A stretch of 64,000 nt of DNA from Rhodobacter sp. (GTDB lineage: Bacteria; Pseudomonadota; Alphaproteobacteria; Rhodobacterales; Rhodobacteraceae). Positions 26,910 to 42,812 of this stretch are shown here, one piece after another. Positions within the stretch are counted from its first letter, which is position 1. Each line of letters begins with the position of its first letter. The stretch lies in the NCBI GenBank assembly GCA_027489175.1, contig JAIYAE010000014.1:312491-376490 (forward strand), given 5' to 3'. Under the pieces are notes generated by a model. It was not told the DNA's origin. It searched no databases and was given only the letters and a program-made list of their open reading frames with translations. A program made the position numbers and the translations under genes.

Positions 26910-27170
26910 ATGAAGATGGCCGACGCGAACGATCCCTATGCCGTGACCGCAGACGAGCTGCGCCAGTTCATCGAACGGTTCGAACAGCTTGAGTCCGAAA
27001 AGAAGGACGTCGCCGACCAGCAGAAAGAGCTGATGGCCGAAGCCAAGGGCCGCGGCTACGACACGCGCGTGTTGCGCAAGGTCATCGCCCTGCGCAAACG
27101 CAAGCCGGATGAGCTGGCCGAGGAAGAGGCGGTGCTGGAGCTTTACAAGACCGCCTTGGGCATGAGCTGA
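26910..27170 (+). CDS. gapR: GapR / DUF2312 nucleoid-associated protein
   Basis: Alignable by eye to Caulobacter GapR (...LRQFIERFEQLESEKKDVADQQKELMAEAKGRGYDTRVLRKVIALRKRK...ELYKTALG). An alternative ATG at 26916 has better SD spacing. Confidence 0.88.
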   Translation: MKMADANDPYAVTADELRQFIERFEQLESEKKDVADQQKELMAEAKGRGYDTRVLRKVIALRKRKPDELAEEEAVLELYKTALGMS

Positions 27171-27206
27171 GCGCAAGTCGGCTGACCGCCGTGCGGCCCG
27201 CCCCTG

Positions 27207-28079
27207 TCATGCCTCGATCAGGGTGACGCCGGGCAGTCGCTTGATGCGTTCCACATCCTGCAGATAGGCATGGGTCAGCGCCTCAACCAGCTCGTCGGTC
27301 CAGCCGGGCAGGGTGATCTCCTGCTCCACCTCGTCAGGGCGGGCGAACTTTTCCAGGAAGGCCGTGGCGATCCGGCGGCGCTGGGTTACCGATTGCGGCG
27401 GGTGTTCGGCGCAATAGGCCTTCATCCGCCCCATGCCGATTTCGGTCATGATGCTGGCCAGAAGGTCATCATCATCGATCAGCTTCAGCCCCGGTTCATG
27501 GCCCGAGACCGCTTGCAGCACCTCGGGCCAGATCAGGGGCGTTTCTTCGTTGCACCAGACGGTCAGCGGCACGCCCGGATTGTGGATCAGGATCTGGCGT
27601 ACCGCATCGGACCAGCGCATCTGCATCGGGTCGATGCCGGTCAGGATATCCTCGCGCCCCTTGGCGTTAACCGCATCCTGCAAGGCGGGCAGGAACGTCG
27701 CCGGGTTGCGCAGGGCAAGGTGAAACTCTGCCTCGGCATCGGGGAAAATCCGGGTGAAGGCGCGCACCCGTTCCCCCGCCGCCGCATAGAGCGACCCGCG
27801 CAGCGCCCAGGCCGGAAAGGACAGGAAACTGGGCCAGGACAGGATGACCCGATCGGCGTCCGGCTCATCCATGATCTGTTGCATGACGAGGGCCTGGGTC
27901 TCTTCCGAAGCGGTCTGCCCGCGCAACTGCATGGCCGTGTCGCGCAAAAGCTTGCGATAGCGCGTGGGCGAGGGGACCGCGATCCCCTGTTCGGCCAGCG
28001 CCGCACGGTTCTTCAACAGGCAGCGAACCAGCCGGTCCTCATCGGTGCAGTGGGCACCCAGGTGATAGACAATGCGCAT
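27207..28079 (-). CDS. hypothetical protein (290 aa)
   Basis: Clean ORF with high GC3 and no domain I recognise. The N-terminus, MRIVYHLGAHCTDEDRL, loosely resembles a degenerate sulfotransferase-type phosphate loop. Confidence 0.7.
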   Translation of the reverse strand: MRIVYHLGAHCTDEDRLVRCLLKNRAALAEQGIAVPSPTRYRKLLRDTAMQLRGQTASEETQALVMQQIMDEPDADRVILSWPSFLSFPAWALRGSLYAAAGERVRAFTRIFPDAEAEFHLALRNPATFLPALQDAVNAKGREDILTGIDPMQMRWSDAVRQILIHNPGVPLTVWCNEETPLIWPEVLQAVSGHEPGLKLIDDDDLLASIMTEIGMGRMKAYCAEHPPQSVTQRRRIATAFLEKFARPDEVEQEITLPGWTDELVEALTHAYLQDVERIKRLPGVTLIEA

Positions 28080-28203
28080 TGGGCCTTGTGTTTCCGGCTG
28101 TGGGTCTGAAATCAGCGTCTCTCCTCGCGTTGTAGCGGCGCGGGCAGGCTACCGTAAGGGGCTTTCTGGACAGTTAAATCGCTTTCCTGTAAGCCCTGCG
28201 GCT

Positions 28204-29862
28204 ATGGCCGACCATTTCAGTCAACTTGCCCCCCAATCCCGCCGCGCGCGGCTTGACCTCTGGGCGCCGGGGGCGGTGGTGATTGCGGTCGTGGTGCTGG
28301 CGCCGATCCTCTCGATCGTCTGGATCGCGTTCAACCCGGTGGAAAACATCTGGCCGCATCTCATGGCGACGGTGCTGCCGCGCTACCTTTTGACGACGAT
28401 CCTTCTGATGCTGGGCGTGGCGCTGCTGACGGCGCTGATCGGCACCGGGGCGGCCTGGCTGGTCAGCCAATACCGGTTTCCGGGGCGCGACTGGCTGGCC
28501 TGGGCGCTGCTGTTTCCGCTGGCGATTCCGGCCTATGTCGGGGCCTATGCGTTGGTTGATTTCCTTGATTATGCCGGGCCGTTCCAGTCCAGCTTGCGTG
28601 CGGCCTTCGGCTGGGCCTCGGCGCGGGATTACTGGTTCCCCGAGACGCGGTCGCTTTGGGCGGCGGTGCTGGTCCTGTCTCTGGCGCTTTATCCATACGT
28701 CTACCTCTTGGCCCGCGCGGCCTACCGGGAGCAGTCCGGCTGTACCTATGAGGTCGCCCGCGCCCTGGGTTGCGGCCCTTGGGGCCTGTTCCGGCGCGTG
28801 GGTCTGCCCTTGGCCCGGCCCGCCATCGCCGCAGGGGTTGCGCTGGCGCTGATGGAGACGGTGGCCGATTACGGCACGGTCCAGCATTTCGGGGTGCAGA
28901 CGCTGACGACCGGCATCTTTTCGACCTGGCTGAACGGCGGCAATGCGGGTGGGGCCGCGCAGATTGCCGGGGTAATCCTGATGCTGATCCTGCTTCTGGT
29001 GGGGCTGGAGCGGGCGGGGCGCGGCTCAGCGCGGTTCTACAAGCTTGGCCGCAGTTCCCGCCCGATCGAGCGGCAGGCGATCATCGGCCCCCGCCGTTGG
29101 CTTGCGACGGCGGCCTGCCTTCTGCCCTTTGTCTTCGGCTTCGTGCTGCCGGTCGGGGTGATGCTCGCAAACAGCGCCGCCGCACCCGAGGGCTGGCTTG
29201 CCCCCGGCCTGGGCGAGGCTTTGCTGAACACGCTGGTCGTGGCGGGGCTGGCGTCGCTGGCCACGGTGGGGGCGGCGTTGTTTCTGGTCTATGCGCTGCG
29301 GCAGTCCACCTCACGCGTGATGCGCTGGGTGCTGCCTTTGACGCTGGTCGGCTATGCGGCGCCCGGGGCGGTGCTGGCGCTGGGGCTGCTGATACCGCTT
29401 GCGGCGCTGGATCACCGACTGGCCGATGCCGTGCTGGCCGTCACCGGGCGGGACCCGGGCCTTCTGATCACCGGCACGGCCTTTGCGCTGGGGCTGGCTT
29501 ACCTCGTCCGGTTCTTCGGGATCGCGCAAGGCGCGTTGGATGCGGCTTTTGGCCGGGTGTCGCCATCGCTGCCGATGGCCGCGCGGTCACTGGGGCGGAC
29601 GGCGGGGGGGACGTTGGGGGCGGTCTATCTGCCGCTGATGCGGGGATCGGTGCTGATGGCGCTACTGGTCGTCTTTGTCGACTGCGTGAAGGAATTGCCT
29701 GCGACCCTGCTTCTGCGCCCGTTCAACTATAACACCCTCTCAACCCGGGTTTACGAACTGGCCAGCCTCGAGCGTTTGTCAGAGGCCGCCCCCGCCGCGC
29801 TGGTGGTGATGGCGGTGGGGCTGGTGGCGGTTGGCCTTCTGGCGCGCGGGCAGCGGGACTGA
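28204..29862 (+). CDS. iron(III)-type ABC transporter permease, fused double-domain (FbpB/HitB-like)
   Basis: ATG at 28204. 552 aa with two tandem permease modules. No binding protein or ATPase gene is adjacent. Confidence 0.82.
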   Translation: MADHFSQLAPQSRRARLDLWAPGAVVIAVVVLAPILSIVWIAFNPVENIWPHLMATVLPRYLLTTILLMLGVALLTALIGTGAAWLVSQYRFPGRDWLAWALLFPLAIPAYVGAYALVDFLDYAGPFQSSLRAAFGWASARDYWFPETRSLWAAVLVLSLALYPYVYLLARAAYREQSGCTYEVARALGCGPWGLFRRVGLPLARPAIAAGVALALMETVADYGTVQHFGVQTLTTGIFSTWLNGGNAGGAAQIAGVILMLILLLVGLERAGRGSARFYKLGRSSRPIERQAIIGPRRWLATAACLLPFVFGFVLPVGVMLANSAAAPEGWLAPGLGEALLNTLVVAGLASLATVGAALFLVYALRQSTSRVMRWVLPLTLVGYAAPGAVLALGLLIPLAALDHRLADAVLAVTGRDPGLLITGTAFALGLAYLVRFFGIAQGALDAAFGRVSPSLPMAARSLGRTAGGTLGAVYLPLMRGSVLMALLVVFVDCVKELPATLLLRPFNYNTLSTRVYELASLERLSEAAPAALVVMAVGLVAVGLLARGQRD

Positions 29863-29904
29863 ACCCTTGCGCAGGGGGGGAAGGGGCGGTATTTGAGATC
29901 GCGT

Positions 29905-29980
29905 GCCCCTATAGCTCAGCTGGTAGAGCATCTGATTTGTAATCAGAGGGTCGGGAGTTCGAGTCTCTCTGGGGGCACCA
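29905..29980 (+). tRNA. tRNA-Thr (anticodon UGU)
   Basis: GCCCCTATAGCTCAGCTGGTAGAGCATCTGATTTGTAATCAGAGGGTCGGGAGTTCGAGTCTCTCTGGGGGCACCA. It folds as a cloverleaf with a 7-bp acceptor stem, anticodon loop TTTGTAA and an encoded CCA. Confidence 0.93.
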
Positions 29981-29988
29981 TGGCCACC

Positions 29989-30010
29989 TGTCCCGGGCAG
30001 GGACATTTCC
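29989..30010 (+). terminator. hairpin plus short T tract after tRNA-Thr
   Basis: TGTCCC-gggca-GGGACA followed by TTTCC. This is the same 17-mer as at 6200-6216, in inverted orientation. Confidence 0.45.
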
Positions 30011-30103
30011 GCAAAGTGTTGAGGATGCTGGGAAAAGCCAGATCCGGTAAGCTTTGGTTAAGCGCGTTTGCCTTGCCGGCGTGATCCGCCCGCCCCCCGG
30101 GGC

Positions 30104-30457
30104 CTAGGACCCTTTCACCACCCCGAAGAAGCTGAGCGCCTGTTCCAGATCGGCGCGCAGCTTGGCGTCGCTGCCGTTGAACCCGGCGCAGAGTGCATCA
30201 AACCGCTTGCGCAGGGCCTTTTTCTCTTCGCCCTTGCAATCGTTCCAGGGGCGGCCCTGCAGGCCCATCACCAGCACGTAGTAGCCGATGAAATGCGGCC
30301 GTGTGCCAGAGGCGAGAAGCCGACGATAGGCCTCATCCGGGCCGAGGGCGTAGATCTCTTCCGCGGTGGTAATCCCTGCCTTCGCAAAGGCAATCTCGGA
30401 CGCGGGCCCAAGGTTCGGGATCGAGGAGACCGGACTGGCGGTGGCGGAATCGGTCAT
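30104..30457 (-). CDS. TfoX C-terminal-domain protein
   Basis: 117 aa, IPNLGPASEIAFAKAGITTAEEIYALGPDEAYRRLLASG, a TfoX_C-like helix-hairpin-helix. Confidence 0.75.
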   Translation of the reverse strand: MTDSATASPVSSIPNLGPASEIAFAKAGITTAEEIYALGPDEAYRRLLASGTRPHFIGYYVLVMGLQGRPWNDCKGEEKKALRKRFDALCAGFNGSDAKLRADLEQALSFFGVVKGS

Positions 30458-30470
30458 GACGCGGACCCTG

Positions 30471-30501
30471 ATAAAGCAAAGCCAGCCTTGCGGCTGGCCT
30501 T
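30471..30501 (-). terminator. rho-independent terminator after the Gln-rich mini-ORF
   Basis: On the minus strand: GCCAGCC-gcaa-GGCTGGC followed by TTTGCTTTAT. Confidence 0.6.
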
Positions 30502-30541
30502 TGGGCTTGTCAACGCGAGAGGCAGTTGACCCGAAAAGGGA

Positions 30542-30685
30542 TCAGATCGCCGCCCAGTCGCGGAAGATCGGCTTGGCCGTTTGCTGGCCACCCTGTTGCT
30601 GGGCGCCGCCGGACTGTTGGCCTTGCTGCTGCGATTGGGGGGCAGAGCTGTCGCCCTGCTGGGGGGAAGAGGGGGACTTGGCCAA
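30542..30685 (-). CDS. 47-aa Gln/Ser/Gly-rich mini-protein ending ...KPIFRDWAAI
   Basis: TTG start 7 nt after GGAG. 39/47 codons end in G/C, against 34/60 for the upstream part of ORF 30542..30862 (hand counts). It has its own terminator downstream. Confidence 0.5.
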   Translation of the reverse strand: MAKSPSSPQQGDSSAPQSQQQGQQSGGAQQQGGQQTAKPIFRDWAAI

Positions 30686-30858
30686 TTGACTGCTCCGTTT
30701 GCTGGCTCTTGTTCCGGTCGTGTCCCTGTGGATATCGCGCGGGTTCAGGGCCGCTTCAAGCCAGGGACGTGACGATTTTGCGACGATGTGCCCGTTTTGT
30801 GCGACATCGGCAACAGGCCAGCGATCACATTGCGGTTTTCCAGACCGTGCTGGGCCGA

Positions 30859-31071
30859 TCAACCTTGCGCATCGCCTGACAGCGTGGCCGGATACCCGGC
30901 CGCATCAAGGGCGGCCAAAAGCGGGGCAAGATCGGCAGGGCCGCTGACGGTGGCCATGCGTGCCGCAAGATCAACCGTCACCTGACCCGCGCCGGGGACC
31001 GCCGCAAGCGCCTGTTCGACGGCAGCCCGGCAGTGGCCGCAGTTCATGTCCGGAATGGAAAGGGTGGTCAT
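30859..31071 (-). CDS. heavy-metal-associated (CopZ-like) metallochaperone
   Basis: 70 aa with the MTTLSIPDMNCGHCRAAVEQAL metal-binding MxCxxC motif. Confidence 0.85.
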   Translation of the reverse strand: MTTLSIPDMNCGHCRAAVEQALAAVPGAGQVTVDLAARMATVSGPADLAPLLAALDAAGYPATLSGDAQG

Positions 31072-31117
31072 CCGTCAGATCCTTGTGCAGAAGGGCAGGT
31101 GGCGCGGCGGCCTTGGC

Positions 31118-31148
31118 ACTATCGTCATCCTTGGACGCGCCAGGTCAA
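31118..31148 (-). promoter_or_regulatory. candidate MerR/CueR-type promoter for the CopZ-like gene
   Basis: On the minus strand: TTGACC, a 19-bp spacer, then GATAGT, about 50 nt upstream of the ATG. The 19-bp spacer is the MerR-family hallmark. The dyad is weak (CTTG-N12-CAAG) and no MerR gene is nearby. Confidence 0.3.
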
Positions 31149-31272
31149 GCCGTTCTTCGGTCTGCGCGTTCATTGGCGGGTTTGCACATTGTCGTGGCAG
31201 CCGATCCCAAGACCGGCTTTGCCTGCGGTGGTGGTTTTCCTTTGACAGCATGGGGTTGGCGGTGGCAGTCTT

Positions 31273-31288
31273 TTCAAAGCGCTTTGAA
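31273..31288. promoter_or_regulatory. perfect 16-bp palindrome in the long glgP upstream region
   Basis: TTCAAAGCGCTTTGAA lies inside an AT-rich patch that also contains an A9 run (31315-31323). Confidence 0.3.
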
Positions 31289-31538
31289 TATGGAAAATAT
31301 CTGGGTATGCGCCGAAAAAAAAACCTGTGGACAGGGGCGATGTTTGCGGTAACACGAAAGCGGTTTGAGGGTCGATCCACCAACCGCCCGCCTGTCCGAC
31401 CCCGGACACCCGGCCCGCAAGATTGCTTGACCGCCGCCACATGGCGCTTAGGCTTTGATGAAGGAAGACCAGATCGCCCGCCCGGTGCGGCGCTGAGACC
31501 CGACCCGGACAACATGCTGCTGCTGCAACCTTTGGAAA

Positions 31539-33953
<2,415 letters not shown>

Positions 33954-33974
33954 CGCGCTTTCGGGGAGGAAAGC

Positions 33975-36146
33975 ATGGCTGAGACGACACTGGACAGAGG
34001 GGCCGCCGAGGCGATTGCCGGTGGCTGGCATGGCGACCCTTTCGCCGTTCTGGGGCCGCACAAGGCCGCGAAGGGGTGGGAGGTCATCGCCTTCGTGCCC
34101 GGGGCGGAAAAGCTGTGGGTGCTGACGGGCAAGGACGCGCAGGAATCGCAACCTTACCCGGATGTGCCGGGGCTTTTCACCCATCAGATGGCCCGCAAAG
34201 CCAACTACAAGCTTCGCGCGCAAGGCTTTGGTACGGAATGGGAATTCGACGATCCCTTCCGCTTTGGCCCGGTGCTGGGCGAGCTGGACGAATACCTTCT
34301 GGGCGAAGGCACGCACAAGCGGCTGTGGCAGGTGCTGGGCGCCCATCCGATCACGCATGAAGGTGTCGCGGGCGTGCATTTCGCAGTCTGGGCCCCGAAT
34401 GCGGAACGCGTTTCGGTGGTGGGTGATTTCAACATCTGGGACGGCCGCCGCCATCCGATGCGCAGGCGGGGGCCCACGGGCGTGTGGGAGATTTTCATCC
34501 CCGGCCTGACCGAAGGCACGACCTACAAGTATGAGATCAAGGGCCCGCATGGCGCGATCTTGCCGTTGAAGGCCGATCCGGTTGGGTTCGGCTCTGAACA
34601 TCCGCCGGCAAATGCAAGCGTCGTCAGGAAAATCGGTGGCGAGTGGGGGGATGCGGGCTGGATGACCTCCCGCGCGGCGGCGCATACCATTGATGCGCCG
34701 ATCAGCGTCTATGAGGTGCATCTGGGGTCCTGGCGGCGGGCGCCGGGGAACCGCATGCTCAGCTATCTGGAACTGGCCGAGCAGCTGGTCGACTACGCCG
34801 CCGACATGGGGTTCACCCATATCGAATGTCTGCCGGTCAGCGAATATCCCTTTGACGGGTCATGGGGCTATCAGCCCGTTGGCATGTTTGCGCCCACGAT
34901 CCGCCACGGCACGCCTACCGAATTCCGCGCTTTTGTGGACGCGGCGCACCGGAAGGGCCTTGGGGTCATCCTGGACTGGGTGCCGGGCCACTTCCCGACC
35001 GATGCGCATGGCTTGGGCCGGTTCGACGGCACGGCGCTTTATGAACACGCCGACCCGCGCGAGGGGTTTCATCAGGACTGGAACACCCTGATCTATAACT
35101 ATGGCCGGGTGGAGGTGAAGAACTACCTCGTCTCCAACGCCTTGTATTGGCTTGAGGAATACCACATCGACGGTCTGCGCGTCGATGCTGTCGCCTCCAT
35201 GCTGTACCGCGATTACAGCCGCAAGCACGGCGAGTGGATCCCGAACCGGGACGGCGGCCGCGAGAACTATGAGGCGATCGACGTTCTGCGCACGACGAAC
35301 ATCACCGCTTACGGTGAAGTGCCGGGGATCATGACGATTGCCGAGGAATCGACGGCCTTTCCCGGTGTGTCGCGGCCTGCGAACTGGGGTGGCCTTGGGT
35401 TCGGGTTCAAATGGAACATGGGGTGGATGAACGACACCCTGAGTTACATGCAGAAGGACCCGCTTTACCGGAAATACCACCACCATCAGATGACCTTCGG
35501 CATGGTCTATGCGTATTCGGAAAACTACCTTCTGCCGATCAGCCATGACGAGGTTGTGCATGGCAAGGGGTCGATGCTCTCCAAGATGCCGGGCACGGCC
35601 TGGGAGAAGTTTGCCAACCTGCGGGCCTATTACGGGTTCATGTGGGCGCATCCGGGGAAGAAGCTTCTCTTCATGGGGCAGGAGTTCGCCCAAGGGGCGG
35701 AATGGAACCACAACCAGAGCCTTGACTGGCATCAGCTTGATATTGCGGAACATAAGGGCATGCAGCGGCTGGTCCGCGATCTGAACCGGGTCTACCGCGA
35801 CACGCCCGCCTTGCATGTGAACGACTGCCGGCCCGAAGGCTTTGACTGGATCGAATCAAACGATGCCGACGCCGGGGTATTTGCCTTCGTCCGCAAGGGC
35901 GGGCCGGGCGACAAGCCGGTGGTGGCTGTGGTCAACATGACCCCGCTGGAGCGGCGCTATCGCCTTGGTCTGCCGGTCGCGGGCAAATGGCGCGAACTTC
36001 TGAACACCGATGCCGAAGTTTACGGCGGGGGCAATCGTGGCAACCTGGGAGGGGTGGCCACGGAAAAGACGCCCTGGCACGGGCAAACGCAATCAGCGCT
36101 TGTCACGCTGCCGCCGCTGTCGGCAGTCTATCTGATACAGGACTGA
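33975..36146 (+). CDS. glgB: 1,4-alpha-glucan branching enzyme
   Basis: 723 aa. GH13 regions: [48 protein letters not shown]. Confidence 0.95.
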   Translation: MAETTLDRGAAEAIAGGWHGDPFAVLGPHKAAKGWEVIAFVPGAEKLWVLTGKDAQESQPYPDVPGLFTHQMARKANYKLRAQGFGTEWEFDDPFRFGPVLGELDEYLLGEGTHKRLWQVLGAHPITHEGVAGVHFAVWAPNAERVSVVGDFNIWDGRRHPMRRRGPTGVWEIFIPGLTEGTTYKYEIKGPHGAILPLKADPVGFGSEHPPANASVVRKIGGEWGDAGWMTSRAAAHTIDAPISVYEVHLGSWRRAPGNRMLSYLELAEQLVDYAADMGFTHIECLPVSEYPFDGSWGYQPVGMFAPTIRHGTPTEFRAFVDAAHRKGLGVILDWVPGHFPTDAHGLGRFDGTALYEHADPREGFHQDWNTLIYNYGRVEVKNYLVSNALYWLEEYHIDGLRVDAVASMLYRDYSRKHGEWIPNRDGGRENYEAIDVLRTTNITAYGEVPGIMTIAEESTAFPGVSRPANWGGLGFGFKWNMGWMNDTLSYMQKDPLYRKYHHHQMTFGMVYAYSENYLLPISHDEVVHGKGSMLSKMPGTAWEKFANLRAYYGFMWAHPGKKLLFMGQEFAQGAEWNHNQSLDWHQLDIAEHKGMQRLVRDLNRVYRDTPALHVNDCRPEGFDWIESNDADAGVFAFVRKGGPGDKPVVAVVNMTPLERRYRLGLPVAGKWRELLNTDAEVYGGGNRGNLGGVATEKTPWHGQTQSALVTLPPLSAVYLIQD

Positions 36147-36180
36147 AGTCTGGCGGCAAAAGCCGCCCATCCGGGGAGGG

Positions 36181-37458
36181 ATGAGAATGAAACCAAGACC
36201 GAACCAGCGCCTGTCATCGCAGGCCATGGCCTTTGTGCTGGCGGGCGGGCGGGGCAGCCGGCTGAAGGAATTGACCGACCGGCGCGCGAAACCGGCGGTC
36301 TATTTCGGCGGCAAGACCCGGATCATCGACTTCGCGCTGTCGAATGCCGTGAACTCCGGCATCCGGAAGATGGCGATTGCGACGCAGTACAAGGCGCACA
36401 GTCTGATCCGGCATTGCCAGCGCGGCTGGAACTTCTTCCGGGCGGAGCGGAACGAATATCTGGATATCCTGCCCGCGTCGCAGCGGATGGACGAGGTGAA
36501 CTGGTATCGCGGCACGGCGGATGCGGTGGCGCAGAACATCGACATCATCGACAGCTACGGGATCAAGTATGCGATCATCCTGGCGGGCGACCACATCTAC
36601 AAGATGGACTATGAGGTGATGCTGCGCCAGCACGTCGAGGCGGGGGCGGATGTCACCATCGGCTGCCTGACCGTGCCCCGGATGGAGGCGACGGCCTTCG
36701 GCGTGATGCATGTCGACGCGTCGATGCGGATCACGTCCTTCCTGGAAAAGCCGAAGGACCCGCCGGGCATTCCGGGCGATCCGGACCATGCGCTGGCCTC
36801 GATGGGGATCTATGTCTTCGACTGGGCCTTCCTGCGCGAGCTTTTGCTGAGCGACATGTCGGACGACAATTCGACCCACGATTTCGGGTTCGATCTGATC
36901 CCGCATATCGTGAAGAACGGCAAGGCCGTGGCGCACAAGTTCGCCGACAGTTGCGTGATGAGCGGTCTGGAGACGGAACCCTACTGGCGCGATGTGGGGA
37001 CGATTGACGCCTTCTGGCAGGCCAACATCGACCTTACGGATTTTGTCCCAAAGCTGGACCTTTACGACAGCGCCTGGCCGATCTGGACCTATGCCGAGAT
37101 CGTGCCGCCGGCGAAGTTCATCCATGACGAGGATGGGCGGCGGGGGTCGGCGGTCAGCTCGCTTGTCTCGGGGGATTGCATTGTCTCAGGCTCGGCGGTG
37201 TCAAACTCGCTGCTCTTCACCGGGGTAAGGACGCATTCCTTCTCAAGCCTCGAATATGTCGTGGCGCTGCCGCAGGTCATCGTCAACCGCAAGGCGCAGT
37301 TGAAGAATTGCGTGATCGACCGGGGGGTGGTGATCCCCGAGGGTCTGGTGATTGGCGAGGACCCGGAGGAAGACACCAAGTGGTTCCGCCGCAGCGAGGG
37401 CGGGATCGTGTTGATCACGCAGGACATGCTTGACGCGCGGGCGCGGGCGTTGTCCTGA
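36181..37458 (+). CDS. glgC: glucose-1-phosphate adenylyltransferase
   Basis: [36 protein letters not shown] plus a left-handed beta-helix C-terminus. Confidence 0.95.
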   Translation: MRMKPRPNQRLSSQAMAFVLAGGRGSRLKELTDRRAKPAVYFGGKTRIIDFALSNAVNSGIRKMAIATQYKAHSLIRHCQRGWNFFRAERNEYLDILPASQRMDEVNWYRGTADAVAQNIDIIDSYGIKYAIILAGDHIYKMDYEVMLRQHVEAGADVTIGCLTVPRMEATAFGVMHVDASMRITSFLEKPKDPPGIPGDPDHALASMGIYVFDWAFLRELLLSDMSDDNSTHDFGFDLIPHIVKNGKAVAHKFADSCVMSGLETEPYWRDVGTIDAFWQANIDLTDFVPKLDLYDSAWPIWTYAEIVPPAKFIHDEDGRRGSAVSSLVSGDCIVSGSAVSNSLLFTGVRTHSFSSLEYVVALPQVIVNRKAQLKNCVIDRGVVIPEGLVIGEDPEEDTKWFRRSEGGIVLITQDMLDARARALS

Positions 37459-37528
37459 GGCGTGGTGAGTGGGGATAGGCCGGGGGTTTCACACCCCCGG
37501 ACCCCTGTGGGATATTTGAGGACATAGA

Positions 37529-38967
37529 ATGGCTGGGGCGCAAAGTAGTCGCGGGCGGGTGCTTTCGGTGGCGTCGGAATGTGTGCCGCTAGTGAAGACG
37601 GGCGGGCTGGCGGATGTGGTCGGCGCGCTTCCCGGAGCGCTGGCCGGGCTTGGCTGGGACATGAAGGTGCTGCTGCCCTGCTACCGCGCCTTGCGGGCAG
37701 GGGCGGCGGGCTGGCCGGTGGTCTGGGACGAGGCTGACCTTTGGGGCGGGCCGGGGCGGGTCCTTTCGGGGGAAATGGGCGGTGTGTCGGTCCTGCTGCT
37801 GGACGCCCCGCATCTTTATGACCGGGAGGGCGGGCCCTATTCCAGCCCGGTGGGCGAATACCCCGACAATGCGGTGCGCTTTGCGGCCTTGTCCTGGGTC
37901 GCAGCGCGGATCGCGCGGGAAGGGCTGGAGGGGTGGAAGCCTGATGTCCTCCATGCGCATGACTGGCAGGCGGGGCTCGCCCCAGCTTACCTTGCCTATC
38001 ACGGCAATGGTGGCTGCAAGTCGGTGATGACGATCCACAACATCGCCTTTCAGGGCTGGGCGCCCGCGCATATGCTGGGGGTTCTGCGCCTGCCGGGCCA
38101 TGCCTGGCACCCGGAGGCCCTTGAATACTACGGCGGGATTTCCACGCTTAAGGCGGGGCTGGTCACGGCGGACTGGATCACCACGGTTTCCCCCACCTAC
38201 GCGGCGGAGTTGATGCGGCCGGAGTTCGGCATGGGCCTGCAAGGCGTGATCGCGGCGCGGGGGGCGGCGGTGTCCGGCATCCTGAACGGCGTTGATACCG
38301 GCGTCTGGGACCCGGGCGCCGAGGACCCAGCCTTCAGCGCCAAGTCCTTGGTTGGCAAAGCCGCATCCCGCGCCGCCTTGTGCGCCGAGTTCGGGCTTGA
38401 GGTGCCGGGACCACTCGCCATCGTCGTCAGCCGGTTGACCGACCAGAAGGGCATTGACCTGCTGCCTGCGGTGATCCCCGATTTCATCCTTGGCGGCGGC
38501 GGGTTGATCGTCCTTGGATCGGGCGATCCGGGGATGGAAGGCGCGGTGCGTGCCCTTGCCGCGCGGTTCCCGGGCCGGGTGGCGGTGCGGATCGGCTATG
38601 ATGAGGGGTTGAGCCATCGCCTCTTTGCAGGGGCCGATGCCGTGCTGGTGCCCAGCCGGTTTGAGCCTTGCGGGCTGACGCAGATGTATGGCCTGCGCTA
38701 TGGCACGTTGCCGGTGGTGGCGCTGACCGGGGGCTTGGCTGATACGGTGATCGGCGCCAGCCCCGCTACGCTGACCGCCGGGGTGGCGACGGGGGTGACC
38801 TTCCATCCGGTCGACGCGCTGGCCTTCGGTCAGGCGCTGGCGCAGTTGTTGGCGCTTTATGCCCAGCCGAAAACCTGGGCCAAGGTCCGCGCCAATGCGA
38901 TGGCGCATCCGGTCGGGTGGGAGACGAGTGCCGCCGCCTATGCCGGGCTTTATGAAAGGCTGACGGC

Positions 38968-38971
<4 letters not shown>
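37529..38971 (+). CDS. glgA: glycogen synthase
   Basis: LSVASECVPLVKTGGLADVVGALP (the KTGGL motif); GT5 family. Confidence 0.95.
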
Positions 38972-42719
<3,748 letters not shown>

Positions 42720-42812
42720 GGGCGCATTGCGCCTGCGCCATGTCGCGCTTTGACCAGACTCGAGGGCCGTTTGCGACAAACCTGACACATGTGTCGAGTT
42801 TAGGGGGCGGCG

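Noticed and set aside
30686-30862. Long (106-aa) version of the Gln-rich ORF, starting with a TTG that overlaps the CopZ-like stop
   Set aside because: GC3 of this part is only 34/60, against 39/47 for the distal part. The sequence is rich in Arg, Trp and Cys and looks random. The short TTG-initiated version has its own GGAG.
29905-31071. Possible genomic islet integrated at tRNA-Thr (TfoX-C, Gln-rich mini-gene, CopZ-like)
   Set aside because: There is no integrase or recombinase. I found no direct repeat of the tRNA 3' end downstream. Coding GC3 is normal.
31290-31340. A9 run with an adjacent CCTGT/ACAGG stem, considered as a minus-strand terminator or small-RNA end
   Set aside because: The stem is only 5 bp with a 2-nt loop, and nothing obvious would be transcribed toward it. 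It is kept only as part of the long-leader observation.
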